NCBI GenBank assembly: GCA_963747235.1
Contig: CAVVEU010000024.1
Coordinates: forward strand, 608,001-672,000
DNA: 64,000 bases
Direction of reading: 5' to 3'
Source of the DNA: an uncultured Candidatus Rokubacteria bacterium
Lineage (GTDB): Bacteria; Methylomirabilota; Methylomirabilia; Rokubacteriales; CSP1-6
Under the pieces are notes generated by a model. That model did not search any database, was not told the DNA's origin, and saw only the letters and a list, made by a program, of their open reading frames with translations. The position numbers and the translations under genes were made by a program. Positions 9,985-20,070 of this stretch are shown here, piece by piece; position 1 is the first letter of the stretch; each line of letters opens with the position of its first letter.

Positions 9985-11156
9985 TTACTTGCTCTGCGCG
10001 AACTCGTCCTTCGCGGCCTTGACGCGGGCGGGGTCGGCGAGCAGATCGAAGGTGGTGAGGGCCATGGTCTTGGCCGCCGCGACCATGCCCGCGCGGGCCA
10101 GCGGCTTCACCGCCGCGTCGGCGAACTCGCGGGTGTGAATCGCCATGCCGGTGGGCGCGATGGCCACCATGGGCTGGATGGCCGGGATCACCTGGCTCAC
10201 GTTGCCGATGTCGGAGGAGCCCAGGCGATCGGGGATCGGCGCGCCCTCGGTGAGGCCCGCCCCCTTCATGTTGGCCGCGAAGAGGTCGAGCATCACGCGG
10301 CTCGACTTCATCGGCTCGTAGACGCTGTCGTGCTGGGTGACCTTGAGCGTGCAGCCGGTGGCCCGGGCCGCGCCCTCCGCGGCCGCCGACGACGCGCTTG
10401 AAGAGCTCCCACATCGTGTCGATGCGGGGCGCCCGCACGTAGAAGACGGCGGCGGCGTACTCCGGGATGATGTTGGCCGCCGCGCCGCCGCTCGTGATGA
10501 TGCCGTGGATCCGGCAGTCCGGTCGCACCTGCTGCCGCAGCATGCTGACCGAGTTGTACATCTGGATGCACCGCGTCGAGGGCGTTCACGCCCTCCCACG
10601 GATCCGCGGAGGCGTGCGAGGCCTTGCCGGTGAACTCGAAGGTGCCGCGCGCGATCCCGAGGAGGTCCTGGTGCAGGATCGTGCGGTCGAAGCCGTGGAT
10701 CATCATCGCGCAGTCCACGTCCTTGAAGACCCCGGCCTTGATCAGCTTCACCTTGCCGCCGCCGCCCTCCTCGGCCGGCGTGCCGATCACCTGGATGCGG
10801 CCCTTCGGGAGCTGCGCCTTGACCGCGGCCAGCGCCGCGCCCGCCCCCGCGCCCGAGGTGGCGATCACGTTGTGCCCGCACGCGTGCCCGATGCCGGGCA
10901 GCGCGTCGTACTCGCACAGGATCGCGATGGTCGGGCCCACGCCGGTCTCGATGGTGGCGCGGAACGCGGTCTCCACCCCGCCCACGCCGCGCTCGACCTT
11001 GTAGCCCTGCTTGGCCAGGAAGTCGCTGAGCCAGCCGCAGGCCTTCACTTCCTCGTAGGCCAGCTCGGGATGATCGTGGATCTGGCGGGAGAGGGCTTCG
11101 AGCTCGTCGCCCAGGCGGTCGACGGCCTGCGAGATGGAATCCTTGATGGCGCTCAT
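9985..11156 (-). CDS. M20 family amidohydrolase paralog; apparent frameshifts near 10570 and 10390
   Basis: HDHPEL, EYDALP, HACGHN, GTPAEE, GSSDIGNVS and IHTREF spread over three frames. Confidence 0.85.
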
Positions 11157-11179
11157 GGGGGCCTCCGGCATGACGGCGG

Positions 11180-11374
11180 TCAGGGCGATTGCGCGCAGAA
11201 CAGGAAGAAGAGGGGCCGGGTGGCGTCGAGCGACCCCCCGCGGCCCGGCTCGTTCACGCAGCGGACGGTCGGTGAATCCGAGGCGCGCCGCGGGGACTCG
11301 GCGGTGGCGCAGGCCGCCAGGGTGAGAGCGGCGCCGAGCGAGAGGGCGATTCGTACGAGGACGACGGAGCGCAC
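11180..11374 (-). CDS. Small lipoprotein (64 aa)
   Basis: Lipobox LAAC; fills the intergenic gap; TGgTACTCT -10 box lies 8 nt before the GTG. Confidence 0.6.
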   Translation of the reverse strand: MRSVVLVRIALSLGAALTLAACATAESPRRASDSPTVRCVNEPGRGGSLDATRPLFFLFCAQSP

Positions 11375-11426
11375 GGGGAAGAAGAGTACCACGAGCCCGC
11401 GGGAGCGGGCGACGGCCGGGGACGGA

Positions 11427-12755
11427 TCAGGTGGTCGGGGTGAGGGCGGGATCGACGGCCGGGACGCCGGCCGGCAGCTCGATCACGAACATCGCGCCGC
11501 CGCCGGGCCGGTTCTCGGCCCAGAGACGCCCGTCGTGCTCGGCCACCACGCTGTGGGCGACCGACAGGCCCAGGCCGCGGCCTTCGCCGGGCGCCTTGGT
11601 GGTGAAGAACGGGTTGAAGACGCGGGCCAGATCGTCGGGCGCCACCCCCGGCCCATCGTCGGAGACCTCGATGCGCACGCCGCCGTCGCCCGCCGGACGC
11701 ACCCGGATCGCGAGCGCGCCGGACCCGCGGGCGGTGGACATCGCCTGCTCCGCGTTCTGCACCAGGTGGAAGAGGGCTTCCTGGAGCTGGTTGCTGTCGG
11801 CCCAGATCTCCGGCACTTCCTCGAACTCGGTCTGCACCGTGATGTGGGCGCCCTCGAGCCGCGACTGGTGCAGGGAGAGCACCTTGTAGATCTGGTCGCT
11901 CACCTTGCAGCGCCCGCGGCGCAGGGGCGAGCGCTCGGCGAAGAGCACCAGCTCCCGCACGATGTTGGCGGCGCGCTTGGTGGCCCCGTCGATGACCTTG
12001 AGCCCGGTGAGGACCGCGTCGTGGTCCTGGGACTGCAGCAGCAGGTGCACCTGGCCCAGGATGATCATGAGCGGGTTGTTGATCTCGTGCGCGACGCCGC
12101 CCGCCAGCTCGCCGACCGCGGCCAGCCGCTCGGCCCGCACCACGTCGGTGTGGGAGCGGCGCAGGTCCTCGAGCTGCAGGCGCGTCTCGGTGTACAGGCG
12201 CGCGTTGTCCAGCGCCAGGCCGATCTGATCCGCGCTCGACTCGAGCAGCGCGACCTCCTCGTTGCTGAAGCGATCCTCGGTCTGCCGGCCGAGCGAGAGC
12301 GTGCCCAGGATGCGGTGGCGCGCGCGGATCGGCACGCACAGGAAGCCGCGGATACCGTCGGCGGTCACCGCGGCCCGCGCGGCGGGCAGGAGATCGAGCG
12401 CGCGCCCGGCCTCGTCCACGCGGCGCACGCGCCCGGAGGCGGCCACGCGGCCGATGAGGCCCTGGCCGATGGGCAGCATCTCGTTGACCTCGCGCAGGCG
12501 ATCCGAGAGGCCGCGCTCGCCGCGCAGCAGGAGCATCTTGCCGTCGGAGGAGACGAGGTGAAGGCTCGCGATCTCGTGACCGGTGACGTGCGTGAGGGCA
12601 CCCAGCGACTTCTGGATGACCTCGTTGAGATCGAGCGAGCGGCTCACCGCCTCGGTCACCGTGCGGAGAATCTGCAGGTGACGGATCAGCGACGTCGCGC
12701 CGCCTAGTCCGCGGTTATTGACTCGGGCCATTGAGAGATCGTCTCGGCTCCCCAT
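11427..12755 (-). CDS. GAF-domain sensor histidine kinase (NtrB-like)
   Basis: GAF domain, AHEINNPL H-box, NAEQA, DDGPG, FNPFFTTK, GRGLGL. Confidence 0.9.
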   Translation of the reverse strand: MGSRDDLSMARVNNRGLGGATSLIRHLQILRTVTEAVSRSLDLNEVIQKSLGALTHVTGHEIASLHLVSSDGKMLLLRGERGLSDRLREVNEMLPIGQGLIGRVAASGRVRRVDEAGRALDLLPAARAAVTADGIRGFLCVPIRARHRILGTLSLGRQTEDRFSNEEVALLESSADQIGLALDNARLYTETRLQLEDLRRSHTDVVRAERLAAVGELAGGVAHEINNPLMIILGQVHLLLQSQDHDAVLTGLKVIDGATKRAANIVRELVLFAERSPLRRGRCKVSDQIYKVLSLHQSRLEGAHITVQTEFEEVPEIWADSNQLQEALFHLVQNAEQAMSTARGSGALAIRVRPAGDGGVRIEVSDDGPGVAPDDLARVFNPFFTTKAPGEGRGLGLSVAHSVVAEHDGRLWAENRPGGGAMFVIELPAGVPAVDPALTPTT

Positions 12756-12789
12756 TGCTGGTCTGCGTTGAAGCGTTCCTGCGTACCAA

Positions 12790-12804
12790 GCAAGCGAAGT
12801 GCCA
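12790..12804 (-). promoter_or_regulatory. sigma54 (-24/-12) promoter of the GAF kinase
   Basis: Minus strand TGGCAC-TTCGC-TTGC; AT-rich IHF-like TAACAActatTTA near 12832-12844. Confidence 0.75.
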
Positions 12805-12897
12805 TGGCGACCGATTCAATAATACCATGTATAACAACTATTTAGATTGGACCGCGGAGATCCCCGGAAACGCCGGCGATACGGTCCCGACACACTG

Positions 12898-14025
12898 TCA
12901 GGTCAGACCGTGGCGAAACTGCCGCGCGTGGGCGATCCGGCGCGCGATCGCGGGGTGGGAATAGAGGAAGAACTCCTCGAGGCGATGGGGGTCGCGCTCG
13001 GCCAGATTGAGTGTGGCCAGCCGCTCCATGGACCCGATGAAGGCGCGCGGATCGGGAATGGTCTCGAGCGCGAAGCGGTCGGCCTGCCATTCGACGCGGC
13101 GCGACCAGCCGTTGGCGACCGGCAACGCGGCGAGGCTCACGAGGACCAGGATCAGGCCGAAGAGCGGCAGCCCCGCGATATCCGCGGGCCCGGCGAGGCC
13201 GAGCCACCCTGCACTCCACCGCAACGCGAGATCGGCGATCCAGAAGGTGACGAGGGTGAGCGCGCCCTGGACCAGGAGCCCCCGGCGGATGTCGCCGTGG
13301 AGCTGATGCGCCAGCTCGTGCGCGAGCACCGCTTCGATCTCTTCCGCGGTGAACTGATCGAGCAGGGTGTCGAAGAGCAGGATCCGCCGGGTGCGGCCGA
13401 GCCCGGTCACCGCCGCGTTCGCGGTGCGGCTCTTGCGCGACTGGTCCACCACGAACACGCCGGTCACCGGCACGCCGACCCGGCCGGCGAGCGCGAGCAG
13501 CCGCGCGAGCAGGTCCCCGTCGGGGAGCGGGGTCAGGCGATAGAAGAGCGGCACGAGCCAGATCGGCGCGACCAGGGCGAGCAGCGTGTAGCCCGCGAGG
13601 AAGACGGCGGCGCCCCAGAGCCACCACCACGGCGTCACGCGCAGCAGCCCGTAGATGGTCAGCACGGCGAGCAGGCCGAGGCCGGCGCCGATCAGCGCCG
13701 CCTTCCCCGCGTCCCACAGCCAGCGCCGGAAGGGCTGGTGCAGCAGCCCGAAGCGACGCGGCAGCCAGTACCCGCCGAGCCAGTGAAGCGGCAGGGTGAG
13801 GAGGCGATACGCGCCGGCCAGGACGAGCACGACGATGCCGAGCTCGAGCCACCAGATGCTGGTCCAACGCGCCACGTGGTCGGTGAGATGCGCCGCCGCC
13901 CGCGTCGCGATGAGGACGAGCAGGTAGGCGACGGAGAGGGCCAGCCCGAGCAGGGAGAGGGCGAGCTGGCGACGGTGGTAGACGCGCGCGCGGGCGCCCT
14001 CCTCGGGCACCGGGGTCGGGGCCAT
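12898..14025 (-). CDS. M48 family (Ste24-like) membrane metalloprotease
   Basis: NAAVTGLG, LFDTLL, AVLAHELAH, EWQADRFA, SHP. Confidence 0.9.
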   Translation of the reverse strand: MAPTPVPEEGARARVYHRRQLALSLLGLALSVAYLLVLIATRAAAHLTDHVARWTSIWWLELGIVVLVLAGAYRLLTLPLHWLGGYWLPRRFGLLHQPFRRWLWDAGKAALIGAGLGLLAVLTIYGLLRVTPWWWLWGAAVFLAGYTLLALVAPIWLVPLFYRLTPLPDGDLLARLLALAGRVGVPVTGVFVVDQSRKSRTANAAVTGLGRTRRILLFDTLLDQFTAEEIEAVLAHELAHQLHGDIRRGLLVQGALTLVTFWIADLALRWSAGWLGLAGPADIAGLPLFGLILVLVSLAALPVANGWSRRVEWQADRFALETIPDPRAFIGSMERLATLNLAERDPHRLEEFFLYSHPAIARRIAHARQFRHGLT

Positions 14026-14113
14026 GCCCCGAGTGTCCCACCGTCGGGCCGGCCCGCCAACCGCCGCGGCCGTTGTGCTACACTGGCCGCCAATTCTCAC
14101 TCAGGGAGCCGCC

Positions 14114-15028
14114 ATGTTTCAGTCCGTCGAGGACGTCCAGCAGCAGTTCAAGAACGCCCGCTACATCGCCAACCGCCGCATCTCCACCGTGGTCTTCCTC
14201 GCCGCGCGCATGGGCCGTCCCGTGCTCATCGAGGGGCCGGCCGGCGTGGGCAAGACGGAGCTGGCCAAGACGCTGGCCGAGGTGACCGGGCGGCATCTCA
14301 TCCGCCTGCAGTGCTACGAGGGGCTGGACGAGGGCAAGGCGCTCTACGAGTGGAAGTACGCCAAGCAGCTCCTCTACACCCAGCTCCTCAAGGAGCGCAT
14401 CGGCGAGCTGATCGCGGACGCGCCGTCGCTGCCCGACGCGGTCGCCCGCATCTCGGGCCAGGACGACGCCTTCTTCTCCCACCGCTTCCTGGCCCCGCGC
14501 CCGCTGCTGCAGGCGATCGAGTCCGTCGATCCGGTGGTGCTGCTGGTGGACGAGATCGACAAGGCGGAGCCGGAGTTCGAGGCGTTTCTTCTGGAAGTCC
14601 TGTCCGACTTCCAGGTCTCGGTGCCCGAGCTCGGCACGATCCGGGCCACCCAGATCCCGCTGGTCGTCCTCACCTCGAACAACGCGCGCGAGCTGTCCGA
14701 CGGCCTCAAGCGGCGGTGCCTGCACCTCTTCATCGACTTCCCGCCCGCCGACGAGGAGCTCGCGATCATTCGCCTGAAGGTCCCGGAGGTCTCCGAGCGC
14801 CTGGCCCAGACCGTGGTCACCGCGGTGCAGCGCATCCGCGGGCTCGAGCTGCGCAAGGCCCCGTCGATCTCGGAGAGCCTCGACTGGGCGCGCTCGCTCG
14901 TCATCCTCAACGCGGAGACGCTCGACCGCGACCTGGTGGAATCCACGCTCACCTTGCTGGTCAAGCACGAGAAGGACCTGGAGCGGGTCAAGGGCGCCCT
15001 CGACAAGGTGCTGGCCGACCTGGGCTAG
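14114..15028 (+). CDS. MoxR family AAA+ ATPase (CoxD-like)
   Basis: GPAGVGKT Walker A, RLQCYEGLD, LLVDEIDK, LTSN, RRC. Confidence 0.92.
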   Translation: MFQSVEDVQQQFKNARYIANRRISTVVFLAARMGRPVLIEGPAGVGKTELAKTLAEVTGRHLIRLQCYEGLDEGKALYEWKYAKQLLYTQLLKERIGELIADAPSLPDAVARISGQDDAFFSHRFLAPRPLLQAIESVDPVVLLVDEIDKAEPEFEAFLLEVLSDFQVSVPELGTIRATQIPLVVLTSNNARELSDGLKRRCLHLFIDFPPADEELAIIRLKVPEVSERLAQTVVTAVQRIRGLELRKAPSISESLDWARSLVILNAETLDRDLVESTLTLLVKHEKDLERVKGALDKVLADLG

Positions 15029-15034
15029 TCGCCC

Positions 15035-15607
15035 ATGAGCGGGAGCCCGTCCGGCCTCACCGAGTTTCGCGAGCTCTGGTTCCCGAGCCCGCGCATCCGG
15101 CTGTCGGAGCTGGGCCCGTCCGGTCCCGTGTTCATCGAAGGGGGCCGCTGCATCTCGCGCGCGCTCGGCGAGTACACCAAGCTCTGGATCTCCGCGGCGG
15201 GGCGCTGGCACTTCTACTACGTGCACCCGTCGCCCCGCGATTTCTTCCTCGCCACGATGCCGGAGGCGGTGCCCCATCTCCTGCACCCCGGGGAGATGAC
15301 GGTGGAGACCTTCCGCCAGGGGCTCGCCTACAAGGTGGTGCTCGGCCTGCGGTGCGCCGAGGGCCCGGTGCGGGTGCTCCATCTGGTCGGCGACGTGACC
15401 GACGTGGCGCGCGCGGTGGAGCGCGACGAGGACGCGCCGGCCGGGCCGCTCGGGTGGAAGCTCAAGATGACGCACCTGATCTGCCCAGGGCTCGTTCCAC
15501 GGCCTGATCCGCCTCGAGGACGGGCGCCTGCACCCCATCAGCCGGGACGGCGGCGAGGACGTCTTCAAGTCCTCCTGGGTCCACTTCACCCGATGAGCGC
15601 GAGTTAA
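15035..15607 (+). CDS. Hypothetical protein; C-terminus possibly frameshifted
   Basis: Fills the gap between moxR and the VWA gene exactly; 5' part has coding-like codon usage. Confidence 0.55.
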   Translation: MSGSPSGLTEFRELWFPSPRIRLSELGPSGPVFIEGGRCISRALGEYTKLWISAAGRWHFYYVHPSPRDFFLATMPEAVPHLLHPGEMTVETFRQGLAYKVVLGLRCAEGPVRVLHLVGDVTDVARAVERDEDAPAGPLGWKLKMTHLICPGLVPRPDPPRGRAPAPHQPGRRRGRLQVLLGPLHPMSAS

Positions 15608-17018
15608 ATGGACCAGCGGATACTGGAGTTCATCGGCGACCTGCGGCGGGCCGAGATGCGCATCTCGCCGAGCGAGGCGCTCGACGCGCTCACCGCCTCC
15701 ACCGAGATCGGCCTGGAAGATCGCGACACGTTCAAGAGCGCGCTCGCGGCCACGCTGGTCAAGGAGTCGCGCGACCTCGTCACCTTCGACCGCATCTTCG
15801 ACCTCTACTTCCTCGACCTGCAGGCGCTCGGAGAAGGGCTCAAGAAGGCGATGGGCCCGGCGGATCCGAAGATCCAGGAGATGCTCGACCGCCTGGTCGC
15901 CGAGGAGGGCATGGAGCTGGACGAGCTCACCGAGCTGCTGCTGCAGGGCGAGGGCAGCGACATGGAGATGGCCATCCGCCAGGAAGGCCAGGGCACCGGC
16001 CTCGAGCGGCTGATGTACTTCCTCCAGGTCGGCTACTTCTCGCGCCGCATCTACGACAAGTTCGACTGGGAGGCGATCGAGCGCGACCTGAGCCGGATCA
16101 TGCAGCTCCTGGAGGCCAAGGGGCTCGACCCGGGCATGCTCGCGCGCATCCGGAACTATCTCGACCTGCGGCTCGAGGCCTTCCGCCGCATGATCCGCCA
16201 GCACGTGGAGCGCGAGCTCGAGCGCCGGGCCTTCCGCCAGGGCGAGAAGCTGACCCGCGAGGTGCTGACCGACAAGCCGCTCTTCGCGCTGTCCGCCGAC
16301 GAGGTCGCGCAGATGAAGGCGGTGGTGGCCCGCCTGGCCCGCAAGATCAAGGACGCCCTCGCGATGCGCCAGCGGCAGGAGGAGAAGGGGCGGCTCGACA
16401 CGCGGCGGACCATCCGGCAGAGCCTGCAGTACGGCGGGATCCCGATGGAGGTGCGGTTCCGGCGGCGGCACCGGGAGAAGCCCAAGCTGATCACGCTCTG
16501 CGACGTGTCGGACTCGGTGCGGAACGCCTCCCGCTTCATGCTCCAGCTCGTGTGGAGCCTGCAGGACTGCTTCTCCCGCGTGCGCTCCTACGTCTTCGTG
16601 TCCGAGATCGCGGAGGTCACCCAGGCCTTCGCCACCTACCCGGTGGACACCGCGATCGACTGGGCGCTCAAGTCCTCCTCGGTGGACTATCACTGCCGCT
16701 CGGACTTCGGCTACGCGTTCAGCCGCTTCGTGAAGACCGAGCTCGAGACCGCTCGACCGCAAGACCACCGTGCTGATCCTGGGCGACGCGCGCAACAACT
16801 ACAACGACCCGCAGGCCTGGGCCATCCGGCAGATCCGGGAGCGGGTGAAGGGCGTCATCTGGCTGAATCCGGAGGGGCAGTGGGGCTGGGGGATCGGGGA
16901 CAGCGTGATGCCGCTCTACTCGCCGGCCTGCGACATCGTCAAGGAGTGCCGCACGGTGGGGCAGCTCGTCCAGGTCGTCGATCATCTGGTTCACTCCTGG
17001 TGGCGTCGCGGGCGCTGA
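15608..17018 (+). CDS. VWA domain protein (CoxE-like); apparent frameshift near 16750
   Basis: RLDTRRTIR, MIDAS CDVSDSV, SDFG, continuing as LILGDARNNY...WLNPE in ORF 16770..17018. Confidence 0.85.
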
Positions 17019-17664
17019 TCGGGCTCCTGTTCCTGGCCTCCTCGCTCGGCGCCGGCCCGGGCGCCGCGCTCGCCGCGGAGTGTGTCGCGCTGGACGATTT
17101 CTCCCAGGGCCGGCTCGGCGAGTTTCCCCTCGAATGGAAGCCGCGCAAGGAGTCGGGCCGGCCGGTGTACTCCATCCGGGAGGAAGGCGGGCGGCGGTTC
17201 CTCCGCGCCATCGCCCGCCGCATCGGCATCCAGGCCGGCCGCGAGGTGGCCTGGAACCTCGAGGCCTATCCCATCCTGGCCTGGTCGTGGCGGCCCATCG
17301 AGTTCCCGACGAGCTCCGACGAGCGGAAATCGGGCACCAACGACAGCGCGGTGTCGGTGTACGCGGTCTTTCCGAGCTCGGCGATCTCGGTGAAGAGCGT
17401 CAAGTACGTCTGGAGCCGCGGTGGTGCCGGCGGGCACCCATCTCACGTCGAGCGCGGGGAACACCCAGGTGCGCGTCTTGCGATCGAGCCCCCAGGTGGG
17501 CAAGTGGGCCGACGAGCAGGTGAACGTCCGCGAGGACTACCAGAAGTACTTCGGGGGGAGCGAGGTCCCCAAGGCCGGGCGGGATCGCGGTGCTCACCGA
17601 CTCCGACGACACCAAGAGCAGCGCGCAGGGCGACTACGCCAACTTCCGCGTCTGCAAGCCGTGA
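17000..17664 (+). CDS. DUF3047-like secreted protein; apparent frameshifts near 17420 and 17575
   Basis: Signal peptide, YPILAWSW, KYVWS, W.DEQVNVREDY, IAVLTDSDDT. Confidence 0.7.
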
Positions 17665-17676
17665 GGCGCCCGGCCG

Positions 17677-18729
17677 GTGGCTGACGCGGGCGATCCGTTC
17701 GAGACCCTCTACGCTCGCGGGGTGACCGACGGGCTGCCGGTCATTCCTCCCACCCGCGAGCGCGTGACGGCCGCGGTGGCCGCGACCGGCCGCGAGGGGA
17801 GCGAGCTGATCGCCCTGGTGCCGCCCAACTTCGGGCGCGCCACCGTGGAGAAGATCGCGGTCAACGCGGTGATGGCGGGCTGCCGGCCCGAGTACCTGCC
17901 GGTGGTGATCGCGGGCGTGGACGCGATGTGCGACGAGGGCTTCGACCTGCACGGCGTCTCGGCCACCACCAACTTCCCGTCGCCGCTCTTCATCGTCAAC
18001 GGGCCCGCGCGCGCGCGCCTCGACATCAACTGCGGCGCCGGCCTCTTCGGGCCGGGCTGGCGCGCCAACGCCACCATCGGGCGGGCCCTGCGGCTGATCG
18101 CGGTCAACCTGGGCGGAGCGATTCCCGGCGTGGTCAGCATGTCCACCATGGCCCACCCGGGGCGCTACACCTACTGCATCGGCGAGGCCGAGGAGGAGAG
18201 CCCCTGGGACTCGCTCGCGGTCGAGCACGGCTTCGCCCCCGGCGACAGCGTGATCGCCGCCTTCGCGGGGGAAGCGCCCCACGGCGTCTACGATCACATG
18301 AGCCGCACCGCGAAGGACCTGCTGATCACGATCGGCCGGTCGCTCGAGGTCATCTCGCACCACAAGTCCACGCATCACGGCGACACGCTCGTGGTGCTCT
18401 CGCCCGAGCACGCGCGCACCATCGCGGACTCCGGCTGGGGCAAGGCCGAGATGCGCGAGTTCCTGTGGACGCGCCTGCGCAAGCCGGTCCGCGAGCTGAT
18501 CCCCGGGGTGGACGGCGGCGAGGGGCTGCCGGCGCACGTGCTCGCGAAGTTCCCGCATCCGGAGACCGACGGCACCCTGATCGCCAAGTTCCGCGAGCCG
18601 GGCAACCTCAAGTTCGTGGTGGCGGGCGGCACCGCGGGACGCTTCTCGGCGGTGATTCCGGGCTGGACCTTTCCCAAGAGCTCGCGCATGATCTGGAGGA
18701 AGATCCAGATGCCCGAGGAGGCCGCATGA
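17677..18729 (+). CDS. Conserved protein typically adjacent to UGSC (seleno)proteins
   Basis: TDGLPVIPPT.ERV, NAVMAGCRPEY, RANATIGRALRL, VVAGG; ATGA coupling to the next gene. Confidence 0.75.
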   Translation: MADAGDPFETLYARGVTDGLPVIPPTRERVTAAVAATGREGSELIALVPPNFGRATVEKIAVNAVMAGCRPEYLPVVIAGVDAMCDEGFDLHGVSATTNFPSPLFIVNGPARARLDINCGAGLFGPGWRANATIGRALRLIAVNLGGAIPGVVSMSTMAHPGRYTYCIGEAEEESPWDSLAVEHGFAPGDSVIAAFAGEAPHGVYDHMSRTAKDLLITIGRSLEVISHHKSTHHGDTLVVLSPEHARTIADSGWGKAEMREFLWTRLRKPVRELIPGVDGGEGLPAHVLAKFPHPETDGTLIAKFREPGNLKFVVAGGTAGRFSAVIPGWTFPKSSRMIWRKIQMPEEAA

Positions 18730-19253
18730 GCGACGAAGAGTTCCTGGACCCGACCGATTCGGTGGCGGTCCCGCGCAAGGTCGCGCGCCGCCTCGAGAGC
18801 CTCGACGGCAAGACCATCACCCTGCTGGACATCTCGAAGGCCAAGGGCAATCACCTGCTCGACCGCCTGGAGGAGCTGCTGCGCGAGCGCGCCCACCCGC
18901 GCGAGATCATCCGGAAGAAGAAGCCGACGTTCGCGCGGCCCGCCCCGGAGGACCTGCGCCAGGAGATCGCCAAGCACAGCGACGCGGTCATCGAGGCCCT
19001 CGCCGACTGAGGGTCCTGCACCACGTGCAGTGTGCACGACAGCGTGTTCTTCGAGGACCAGGGGATTCCCACCGCGACGATCATCTCGACCGAGTTCAAG
19101 CGGGCGGCGCGCGCGCAGGCCGACGCGCTCGGGGCGAGCGCGTTTCAGACCATCATGGTCGCCCACCCGATCCAGCCGCTCACCCGGGACGAGGTGCGCG
19201 CGCTGGCCGACGGGGCCTTCGACGAGATCGTGGCGCGCCTGACGCGCGCCTGA
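18726..19253 (+). CDS. UGSC-family selenoprotein (175 aa; Sec at TGA 19008-19010)
   Basis: ORFs ending at 19010 and starting at 19032 share one frame: DAVIEALAD-U-GSCTTCSVHD...GIPT...HPIQ. Confidence 0.85.
19013..19040 (+). promoter_or_regulatory. Putative bacterial SECIS hairpin
   Basis: Folded by hand: GUC.UGCAC.AC pairs with GU.GUGCA.GAC, closing a G-initiated GUGCA loop about 15 nt after the UGA. Confidence 0.55.
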
Positions 19254-19260
19254 CGATCAG

Positions 19261-20070
19261 GTGACGCTCCTCCTCAAGCTGGTCCTGGTGCCGGGGCTCA
19301 TCGCCCTGGTCACCCTGGCCGGCCGCCGCTTCGGCCCGCGGATCGGCGGCTGGCTCAATGCCCTGCCGCTGGTGGCGGGGCCGGTGCTCTTCTTCCTCGC
19401 GCTCGAGCAGGGCGACGCGTTCGTGGCGCGGGCCGCGGAGGCGACGCTGGCCGGGCTCGCCGCGGTCGCCGCCTTCTCGGTGATCTACGCGTGGACCGCG
19501 GTGGCGCGCCCGTGGTGGGTCTGCGTGCTGGTGGGCTGGACCGCCTTCGCGCTCCTGACCGTCGCGCTCCAGGCGGTGACCTGGACGGCGGCCTCGGGGC
19601 TCGCGCTCGCGCTGGCCGCGTTCGCCATCGCGCCGTTCACGCTCCCCCCATTGCCCGACGCGCCGATCCCGCCGCCCGCGCCCGCCTGGGACCTGCCCCT
19701 GCGCATGGGCGCGTCGGTCGTGCTCGTGCTCGCGGTGACCGGCCTGGCCACCTGGCTCGGCCCGCGGCTCTCCGGCGCGATCACCCCGTTCCCGATCGCC
19801 ACCACGATCCTGCTCGCGTTCACCCACGCGCAGCAGGGCGCGCCCGCCGCGGTCGGCTTCCTGCGCGCGTTCCTGCCCGCGATGTGGAGTTTCGGGTTCT
19901 TCTGCTTCGTGCTGGCGGTGGGCGTGGTGCCGCTCGGGCGCGACGTCGCGTTCCTGCTGGCGCTCGCCGTGCACCTCCTGGTGCAGGGCGCGGTGTGGCT
20001 CGGCCTCGAAGCGCTGGCTAGCCGGGGAAGCGCCAGACGCGGCCCTCGGGCGGCTCGTCGGTCAGCGTGA
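19261..20070 (+). CDS. Multi-pass membrane protein with internal duplication
   Basis: Many hydrophobic segments; repeated RFGPRIGGWL..LP and WLGPRLSGAI..FP halves. Confidence 0.75.
   Translation: MTLLLKLVLVPGLIALVTLAGRRFGPRIGGWLNALPLVAGPVLFFLALEQGDAFVARAAEATLAGLAAVAAFSVIYAWTAVARPWWVCVLVGWTAFALLTVALQAVTWTAASGLALALAAFAIAPFTLPPLPDAPIPPPAPAWDLPLRMGASVVLVLAVTGLATWLGPRLSGAITPFPIATTILLAFTHAQQGAPAAVGFLRAFLPAMWSFGFFCFVLAVGVVPLGRDVAFLLALAVHLLVQGAVWLGLEALASRGSARRGPRAARRSA

Noticed and set aside
15608-17725. 705-aa VWA-DUF3047 fusion
   Set aside because: Caused by the indel near 16750; the VWA C-terminus is in ORF 16770..17018 and the DUF3047-like gene has its own signal peptide.
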